Position numbers and translations under genes: made by a program. The notes under the pieces were generated by a model that was not told the origin of the DNA, made no database searches, and worked only from the letters and a program-made list of their open reading frames with translations. From positions 14,756,001 through 14,820,000 of the forward strand of contig CM022678.1 in the NCBI GenBank assembly GCA_012295275.1: a DNA stretch of 64,000 bases, in the 5' to 3' direction. Source of the DNA: Chrysomallon squamiferum (taxonomy: Eukaryota; Animalia; Mollusca). Shown one piece after another: positions 54,288 to 64,000 of this stretch; the first letter of the stretch is position 1, and every line of letters starts with the position of its first letter.

Positions 54288-54603
54288 GTTACCAGTTACG
54301 TCAAAAAAAATATATTTAAAAAAAATAATAATAATAAAATTTAAAAAAACCAAACAAAAAAGAACAAACGAAGAACACATAAAAAAATCTGATTTTAAGT
54401 TTTTATTTCCCCAAATACTCATAGATTTAATATCATTTACTGAAAAATGATTTCATAACAAATATTTTATGTTTTATGACAAAACTGACCTAATATTATA
54501 TACATGCGTCTGGGTGTATGTATGTTATGTGTGTCTGTGTCTGACACACTATAAAAATAAAAAATAAAATAAATAAATAACAGTACTACTAATACTACTA
54601 ATA

Positions 54604-54700
<97 letters not shown>

Positions 54701-55603
54701 GGTAAATAAATAAATATCTTAAAAAAATTAAGGAGCCCTAAATAAAATAAATTGATGACTGCTGAAACAAAAATGAATCCATGAAATATAAAAGTGTATA
54801 ATATGGCAGAGTCTTCGAAACTTCTTCAAGTCTTAGTTAAATTTACCTCATTACTGACAACGTGGATGTTTTTATACTAGTAAAAATAATATTAATCCAA
54901 TTAGTCTAAAAGGGAATGAGTACATCCTGCAATCAAACACAATTCAAAAAATATATATTTTCTATATACAAATAATAATGATAAAAACATAAAAAAATAA
55001 AAAAAATAACAACAATAAATAAAACTGCTTCAAAAGAAATAATTGACATTTTTAACCTAGGGCCTATTTTATTGACAAAATTTAATATCTGTTAAAACTG
55101 TTTAGATTTTAAGTGTAAAATCAACATAAATCAAAAACTGCTTTGTTATTAAAGTTTGTTAAGTGTCACTAGTTAAAGCTGCTTTTGATTATATATATAT
55201 ATAAACAAATCTGTTAACCCAGTCTTCCTACTCCATCTACCTTCTACTTACCAAAGCAATTAATAATTTAAATTAGCAAAATAATACATAATCAAGTCAA
55301 AATTGAATTACTTGAAACTTATCACAAAGCAGAAACTGATTTAACAAACAAGAAAAAAATAAAAAATAAAAAATAAAAATAAAATTATGCATCCTTCAGA
55401 ATTAAGAAATAGGATAAAATTAATAACTAAGTTTTACTGGTCACAAATGTAATCATTCAAACTGTTTTCAATGATATCACTATTTTATGTGATACAAAGT
55501 GGGTATTTTATTTCTCTACAGAGGTTAATTTGGCAAATGATATAGATGCACATGGCAAACCATGACTTTCTTTTGAAAACACACAGAGACACATGCACCC
55601 ACC

Positions 55604-55665
<62 letters not shown>

Positions 55666-56728
55666 TGAAAAATAACTAATGTCATGTGAAAACAAAGTGA
55701 AGAAATTATTTGAATAGTAATGAAAATTAGTAAACAATATTTTTCCACTTAATGGGTATGAACATGCTGTAAACATATGCAGTATTCCAGTAAGTCAAAA
55801 AGAAACATTCAATTGCAGAAAAATGTTTGCCAGATCTTTAAAATTAAACATGAAAAATCAGTAAATTTTGTTTCTCAAATTAGAAATTCAGATGCGCATT
55901 AAAAGAAATCATTCATAATTGTTAATCATGTATTTTCTGTGGTGTGTATTTTTAGCAAAACACCATATGTGTATATATGTATGTACAATATTATAGATAT
56001 TATTAAGGCTTTTTTACAATTCAGTCAATATAAGATCCTTTATTAAGGAAAAAAAAAACTTTGACTAATAATTAAAGAGGAGTAACTACTGCCAAACTGA
56101 GCTGACTGTTTTTGATCATACTTATCCCCCATAAATAGTAAAATACATACCATGCTCTTTGATAAAGCAGATTTGGAGACTGATTGTTTTGAGAAATATT
56201 TTACAATGAAAAATCACTGGTTTTTGTGAATTTGTTGACAAAAATAGAAAACGAAGAGAATTTAATGTTTGTGAGGAAGCAGACAACGAAAGTGAAATAT
56301 TTGAAGAAAATGGATGGGTACAAGAGAGGTCAAGTACAACGTTTGACAGTCATCAGCAATTACATAATAAAATAAATAAAAATAAATAATTTCAAAATTA
56401 TTCAAATGATATGATAAATAGAAAATTGCCAACATTTTCTTTTATAATTTTGTTTTGAAAACAATATAATAAAATATAAAACAATTTATTAAAAAAAATT
56501 AAAAAAATGTCTTAGAACTGGAATTTATAAGAATCATTTTTTTAAATTAATAAATGGCCCATAAAAACATAAAGAAGAAAATGGACAGAGAAAGACAAAG
56601 AATACACAAGTAACCTGAAGATTATAAAAAGTAATAAAAAACAAAACCAAAAAAATAACCCAAACAACATTAGATAATAAACCCTCTTATTAGTTTACAC
56701 ATAAAAAAACAGTATTTACATGTTTGTG

Positions 56729-58867
56729 TCAAGACAATTTAACTGCAACTAAATGTGAGTCTCTTTTGTTTGATTTCATTTCCTGTTTCTTTCTCTGCTG
56801 CTCTAAACTTCTCTCCTGTCTCTCCAGTCGACGCTTTTCTCTGATTGCTTCCTCAGCCTGCCACGACAAGTCTTCAGCCATCTCCTCGGACCAAGCATTC
56901 CCCGCCTCTTCCCACGAACCCAGCTCAGACCCCTGCAATACAGTACATCTGTGTATGTGTGTGTGTGTGTGTGTGTGTATAGAGAGAGAGAGAGACAGAT
57001 ACAAACACACACAATTTTTATATATATATATATAAAAAATTCAACATTTATGTAATACCTATAAAACACTATATTTTAATATTTAAATAAACTATGATAA
57101 AGTTACATTACTGATTTTTAATAATAACATTATCATAATAGCTATATTTTAATAAATAAATAAATGAACTATTATAAAGATATATTACTGATTTTTAATA
57201 GGAAAGAAAAAAATTGTTAATGTTATTTTAATGGCTATAACACTGTATTTTAATATTTAAATAAACTACCATAAAGTTACATTACTGATTTTTATAGGAA
57301 AGAAAACTTTTTTTTAACATTATTGTAATGGCTATAAGAAACTATATTTTAATATTTAAGTCACAGTGAAGATACATTATTCATTTCTACAGGAAAGAAA
57401 ACGTTAACACACTATAAAGAACAGCTGCTACTCACCACCAGCGGCACCTCTGTATCAGCCGCCAGTCTCATAGATATAGCAGATTTGTTGATTTCTTCCT
57501 CCACTTTTCTCTTCAGTTTTATCTAAGATGACATTAAACACTGTTAACATGAATCACATCCTTTAATTAGTATATCTATGTAAAAATATATTAAACACAA
57601 TCTCTGCTTGCAAAACAATTACAAAAAAAAACAAAAAAAAACAAACACTGAAACATCCTAATATAAATATAAAAACAAAATACAAATAAGCCAAAATCCC
57701 ACAACCAACCCCATAAAAACAAAATAGAGAATGTTTCAATACTGTTTTTAAGATCAACACACTATCATGGAAATTTTAAAATGTTTAATCATTTTACTTA
57801 GTTACATCCTCAATATTAAGATAAAATAATTTTTCTTTTTAAGTAATCAGCTTTGTAAGGAAGTACTTAGCAGTAGAAATAAGTAATATAAATAAAAAAT
57901 ATCATATATTTATACAGTCATTTCTTATCTAGAACACAGTAACATAAATAATTTGCTGACATTAATGAAACAATATTTTAATTTATTACTATTGTTTATT
58001 TATTTTGGAAATATTAAATTTCACACTAAACTGATGAATGAAACTTCTTTTAAATTTTTATTCATACAAGTAAATACAAAAAGAGACCAAACCTTTGCAG
58101 CCTTTTTAAATTCAGGCTGCATGTCACCAAAAAAGTCGACATCATCGTCTGAATCAACATTTTCCTTTGCTTGTCGATTTGCATATTGCTGAGTTTGTCG
58201 ACTGAGTCTGTGTTGAGATTGCTCCTCTGTACCCCACGTATCCCAGGGCTGAAATTCTGGCTGTTAAAACAAAAAATCACAATCCTTATTACCAACAAAT
58301 CTTTATTTTTTTAATTTTATTTACTTATTTTTGCTAGCTAACACATTAATAATAATACAAAGTAAAGTAAAAATAGTTAATAAAGTTTAATAAATTTATT
58401 AAATCTTAAATTAATTCGAAATTAGCATTATAAATGTTTTTACTATTATTATTTGATGAGATTATTAGAATCTAGTATTTGTGTAATAAGAGAGCAATAT
58501 ATTCATAAAAAACCCAGATATATTAAACTAGTTTTCAGAAATAATTAATTATATATGCATATCTGTACAAGTAGGAAATAATTTATGAAACTAGTAAAAC
58601 AGAAACACACTGAATGTTAGTCCGCAAAATAAGAATGACTGAAAATTAATATTCAGAAAAGATAGTTCTGTAAATTCATACCTCTGTGATGGACACTGTC
58701 TGGACAGCGGTCATGTCAATGGATGTTGAGAAGTGGTCATTTAGCGTCTCAGCAACATCAGACAGCGAATTTTTGCGTCTTTTACATATTAATTTTTTCA
58801 CTGGTGAAAACAGTTTGAAGACAGAACTAAAAATAAACTTAATAATATTCCAAACAACTTTAATCAT
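56729..58867 (-). CDS. EBAG9: EBAG9 / RCAS1 homolog, 214 aa
   Basis: Exons 58867-58682, 58260-58093, 57522-57436 and 56932-56729, all phase 0 GT-AG. N-terminal hydrophobic segment followed by CKRRK, WDTW, DFFGDMQPEFKK, ELGSWEE..NAWSEE and a C-terminal coiled coil ending VKLS. Confidence 0.92.
57058..57415. repeat. Imperfect tandem duplications in the last EBAG9 intron
   Basis: CTATAAxACTATATTTTAATATTTAAATAACTA..ATAAAGTTACATTACTGATTTTTA recurs 3-4 times. Confidence 0.75.
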
Positions 58868-59429
58868 TCTTGCAAGTTAGCTTTATCTGTCCACATATCT
58901 GTGATGCTGCAATTAAAATAAAAATAAGAAATAAAGTATTATCTTTATTAAAACAATATTCCAACATCTGAATTTTAATTTGTATCAATTTAATAAAGTA
59001 TTTGCTTCAATTTTCAAACTCATTAATATTTATTATAATCACTAACAGTAACAGACAAATCATTTTAAAAAACATAACTGTATAAAGGATTTTGGGGTTC
59101 ACATAGTACATATACGTTTGAAACACCTTGTGATTTTTACCACATACTTTGAAAGTAGTAATAATAATATGTTTCATCACTAATCATAATTTAATTAATA
59201 TAATACGGTCATATGATGTTTATCATTTATCTTTAAATTTGATCAGTCTCTGAATATGTGCTTTTTTTGGTTATCACAGAAGTTAACCTTGTGTTTTGAA
59301 CTAGAGAATATCTTACTACATAAAATTGTGATATCAAATAAATTTTATTTTACATTTTTAAATGCTAGATAAAAAAGATATGATACGCTAATGTAACAAT
59401 GTTGTAACAGTAAACCTAAATTAGTAAAT

Positions 59430-59914
59430 ATGTTTACCCCATTCGCTGATTCGGAAGTGGTCGTTCACAAACGATTCAGTTTCTCGACTAAATTCTTCCT
59501 TTAATTGGTGCTTTCTTGATTAAAGATAGTATAGTTAATACATATTTAGAATATCGTAAATTACAAAACTTAACTCGCACACTATTGTCGTGTAATGTCC
59601 AAAATTATGTATGAAGAGCTAACGGAAGGGACATAACTTTTGCAGAACAGTCGCATTGTTGTACCTCATCAGCTGCATGAAGGAAGAAAGAGGGCCTTTT
59701 TAATAATCTTTGACTGGATTGTACAATATTACATTTTGAGTTATTTCCCCAACTCTTAATCATACTGATTAATTTATTTGTGATAAAAGTAAAAAATAAA
59801 CTTATTGGGGGCATTGGACAAATGCTGGTGACACGTTTCCATTTCTGATTGTCACTGTGACATTACGAATGCTTCGAATAAAAAGTTGTCTCGATTACAA
59901 CTGATGTCAAGGAG

Positions 59915-59964
<50 letters not shown>

Positions 59965-60440
59965 TAATATTATTGCCTTTCTTAGCCATCAAGAAAGTGC
60001 GTGTGTTTTAGTAAAGGAATTTTGAAGTGTATCATTGCCTTTGGACATAAATTAAAAATATATTCCAAGTTATCTTCTATTTTAATTTATTTATTAACAA
60101 TGACACGTCGACAACAATAAAATGATAACTTGGAAGCATGAAGTATTATTAGACAATTTTATTTGTAGCTACAGGTACATTTTCATTTAAAGAAACGAAA
60201 GAAAACTGTAAATTTAAACATTTTTAATGTACAACATCAACAATAATCTTTATCAACAACAATAACAATAACAATAACAATAACAATAACAATAACAATA
60301 ATAATAATAATAATAACGTATCCGCATTTGTGACCTATCTAGCAGAAGCACTATGGACACTGAAACGAAAATAGTCACGTGAGTGTATGCTAGACAACCA
60401 AAACAATATGGAAACATCGTAGCGGTTGTCTTTTTGATAA
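59430..60440. promoter_or_regulatory. Divergent promoter region of EBAG9 (-) and LKAAEAR1 (+)
   Basis: EBAG9 side: candidate donor near 59436 and CGGAAGT at 59452. LKAAEAR1 side: E-box GTCACGTGAG near 60374 and X-box-like GTATGCTAGACAAC near 60385. Confidence 0.5.
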
Positions 60441-63400
60441 TGGAGGTTTGTTTACAAACACATATATATATATATATATATACATATATTTTTTTTGTAT
60501 CGCTGCTTACATTAATAAATACGCTTTTCTTTGATTCAATTATTATTGTATATTACCCATTCAAGAAAGTTTTATTTTGTAAAAGATATTTGAATAATAT
60601 GCGAAATTATAAGCTAGCAGTATTGGTTTCCGTTAATACCATGATTACAAGATAGCATACTTAAACAATAATTATTGTTTTAAACGTTGTTTAATATAAC
60701 TGACAGTAAGATTAGAAATCATTGTCATTATTTACTGTAGCATTTGCTTCATTAATTTAAAGGATACAAAAGTTTAAAAAAATTCTGTTATAAATCATTA
60801 TTTACACTGTCAAACATTTAATTACATGTACCTTGTTTTTGTTTGTAAATGTTTGAGGTTTTATACTATTATGTTAGCCATTTCAAAAAGTTTGTAATTT
60901 ATTAGTAAAATATTCTTCAGAGTGCTCTCTATTTGATTAAAGAGAAAAACATAGTAGACAATTAAATTTAGAGCATTTAAATAATCTCCTATAAATATAT
61001 TGGCCATTGTTTTTTGGAACAGTTTAATTTAATTTTTCTTTCTGATTTATTATCTTCATTATGTTTATCTATCATATATCTCTGTCTGTCTGTCCGTCTG
61101 TCATTGATATATACTAAATCTTCATTTACATACATACATATGTACATATTTATGGGAATCCTGACATAAAATTGTCTTAAAACTGAGTATTTTGGTCATT
61201 ATTATTATTATTTTTTAAATTGTTATTACATTTATTTATTGCTACTTTGGTTCATTTTTTTTCTTTGATAAAATTTGATTATTTTATTTAACATAACGAT
61301 AATTAGTTTAATAAGAGCTAGTGACTTCTTATAATAATTAATTATAACATGAATTAATGTCTTGTTAATGCACTTACTTTATTTTTTATTTGTATTAAAA
61401 TTAATATGCAGTCCTTTAACTGTGCTGTACTGTTATGTTTAAATTAATTAATTAAATTATTTATTATTATTGTTATTATTTATAAGACTAAAAATATATA
61501 TTTTTTTTACAGGAATCAACTGCATCAGTTAAAAATTTTAACAATGAGAGATCACCACAAAGAACACGAAAAAAGCTCACAGCTGCAGAGCTTAAAAAGA
61601 TGCCATTGCAACAAAAAAGCAGATACCTTGCTGTGAGTAGCTATTTCAGCTGTTTCAACTTGCTATACATTTCATGGTTTGCAGTATTTTCTTAATTTAA
61701 TGCCAGTTTTTATTTATTATAACTTATAACTGTTATTTATATAAAATAAATTTCTTTAATGGAAATGTTATTAATTTTAAAATTTAATTTTAAAATGGAA
61801 CTTTTTTTTTAAAATACTGTCTCTTTATTATTATATTTTTGTTTTTTCAGTATGAAGAACCTCCAAAACATATTATTGAAGCTCAGAAAATGACCATGAA
61901 GAGACTTAAAGAACTGAAGAATAAAGAACTTCAGTAATTAAATGAAAATTATTAAAGTTGTTTCAGTAAATGTTTGTTAAATTAAAATAAATATTTTGCA
62001 AAATCATTACAAATTAATGAACATAAAACATCTTAATAATGCTTAACTACTTATTGAGAAGGTCAGGATGATACAAAAAGACAAAAACAATCTTCACGGT
62101 TTCACACTGTTGTTTTTATCATTGTCACATAGTGAGACTTCAATCAATTACTGTCACAGATTGACTTGTCATTTACTGTCATATTGGTATTTTCAGAGAG
62201 ACAGCGCCACCTTCAGAAGATGAAATTTTAGACAAAGAAAAACATGCAAAGCTCATAGGACAGCTGAAGTAAGATTTATATTTAATCTGTTTATGTCTGT
62301 GAATCAGACAATAAAATTTAGTGTTCTTATATAATTTCTTATGTTTGTGAAGATCCACAATGATTATTTTGTAGAGGTTATTTACATGCTAAATAAAATA
62401 ATTCTGGTTAATATTTGAATAGTTTAGAATGATTTTTCTTGAAGAACAAGTAACAGTAACAGCACAAGTAAATAAATAAAACCTGAAAAATATATAAAGT
62501 TATTTAAAATATTAAAAATCTGGACACTGAATTGTTATAGAAGTTATTTGTAAAGTTTATTCTTTGAGAGTGGTGCTTTAACTACATTAAACAAAACAAA
62601 CAACATGACAGATTTTTATGCAACAGTCATTCATAAATATCTGATTCATGCAATAACATTTTGTCTTTGTCTCTCTATGTGAACAAATACAGATTGACTG
62701 ATAAATAATGTAATAAACCATTCTATTTCAGAGCTGTCTCTCTATGTGAATAAATACAGACTAACTGATAAATAATGTAATAAACCCTTTTATTTCAGAG
62801 CTGCAGAATCGAGAAACAGATTACGAATTATGAGACTGAGATATCAAGCAAACAGAGTAAGTAATTATTTAATATACAATTTTAATTTCATTTTAGTTAT
62901 CCTTACAATGATGTTCTTTTCATTTAAACTGTTTTTTCCAATGAAACCATCTGTTTAAAAAATAATAAGCTAAAAATGAAAATATATCTCTGTGCTGTAT
63001 TGTTATAATTTCAATTCATAAAGCATAGCTCTAAACGTGAATTCTTTTCAACTGCAAACAGGCTCAGGAGATAACTCATTTGATATCATGTCAGCCGATT
63101 GCTTTGAAAGCTGTTCGACTCCAAGCTTTAGTGCCACCCTACCCAGAACCAATAGACGAGGGAGATAAACTTGAAAAACTTGATGTGAGTATAATAAAAC
63201 AAGAAACAACTCTAAGTAAAAAGTGTTAAAAGTTTTATTATTTTTAAGTAGTATCTAAGAAAAACGGGATGTCTTTCGATAGCATTAATTTCCTGATAAA
63301 CAAACTTCTATCAGGCAGTGCCTGGAGGTAAAGTGAATGACAAAAATACAGGTGATATAAATTCAGTTGAGCACCAATGTAAGTGTTGTAAAGAGTTTGA

Positions 63401-63617
63401 CTATCAACATTACTGCTTGTAATAATAAATTCCTAATTAATATTTTTATTCTAATAAAGAAACAACACTGATTCTTAGGTTACATTCTTTGGTCTTCTTT
63501 AATAAATGGCTGTTGAAGTATTATTTATTAATGTAACTTTTAAAACTTTTTCAGAGAGAAAGAGTAGAAAGTCTATTAGAAGATGCCAAGGGTCTCCTAA
63601 CAAACAGAATACAGTGA
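60440..63617 (+). CDS. LKAAEAR1: LKAAEAR motif-containing protein 1 homolog, about 174 aa
   Basis: Exons 60440-60445 (ATG GAG, tentative), 61513-61632, 61851-61933, 62197-62268, 62799-62856, 63062-63184 and 63555-63617 join in frame. Motifs: ELKKMPLQQKSRYLAYE, LIGQLKAAESRNRLRIMRLRY, AQEITHLISCQPIALKAVRL, RERVESLLED. Confidence 0.9.
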
Positions 63618-64000
63618 AGTTTTAAACTATTTTTTTAAAGAAGTGACTGGTTGGCAAGGAACAGTGTCCACGAAACAGGCACAAGCAAAGATTATTATTT
63701 TTTCATGGAACATTTTTAAAAGACCAAAAATTGCATTTAATCATGATTTATTTATTTGAGAAAAATAGTCTGAACATAAGCTAGTTACCATAAACATGAT
63801 TTTTAATATTATTGAATTGCAATGTAGAAAATCTTTTCATCAATTCACATGATAATAATGGCATTTCTTGAGCTGTCTCATGATAAACAAAATTGCGTTT
63901 ATGTAATTATTTTAATTAGTCACTGTTTTAACAAGTTATCATCAATACATTTTAATATATGCAGTTGCAATGAAGAAAATAATTTCCTCAATTTACATAA

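Noticed and set aside
60353-60378. ATG GAC ACT...AC|GTGAGT as the LKAAEAR1 first coding exon
   Set aside because: It ends in phase 2, while the conserved frame of exon 61513 needs phase 0. At most it is a uORF or alternative leader.

Overview
AT-rich, microsatellite-rich eukaryotic (metazoan, probably lophotrochozoan/mollusc-like; taxon is inference) genomic window. Five spliced protein-coding genes could be reconstructed by hand with GT-AG introns and consistent phases: a 4-EF-hand calmodulin-like gene (-, 10582-12328), a TMCC/TEX28-family gene (-, 16897-32697, 16 coding exons), a coiled-coil + GRIP-domain quick-to-court-like gene (-, 45784-48014), EBAG9/RCAS1 (-, 56729-58867) and, head-to-head with it, LKAAEAR1 (+, about 60440-63617). 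The first 9.5 kb is a graveyard of DNA transposons (Tigger/pogo, Tc1, a MULE with an intact 9-bp TSD, hAT), and a hAT-Charlie relic lies at about 52-53.4 kb. The most unusual object is a 2.3-kb TA-flanked element with pogo/Tigger-type terminal inverted repeats (4212-6511). It has no recognisable transposase but carries a diverged tRNA-Glu(TTC) gene and compact, intronless, convergent virus-like ORFs of unknown family. One of these ORFs is 183 codons long, has no frameshift and is interrupted only by three TAG codons. Also notable are recurrent fold-back palindromes next to (TA)n tracts, a perfect 60-bp inverted-repeat element and local duplications of splice sites. All family assignments come from recalled motifs, not database searches.
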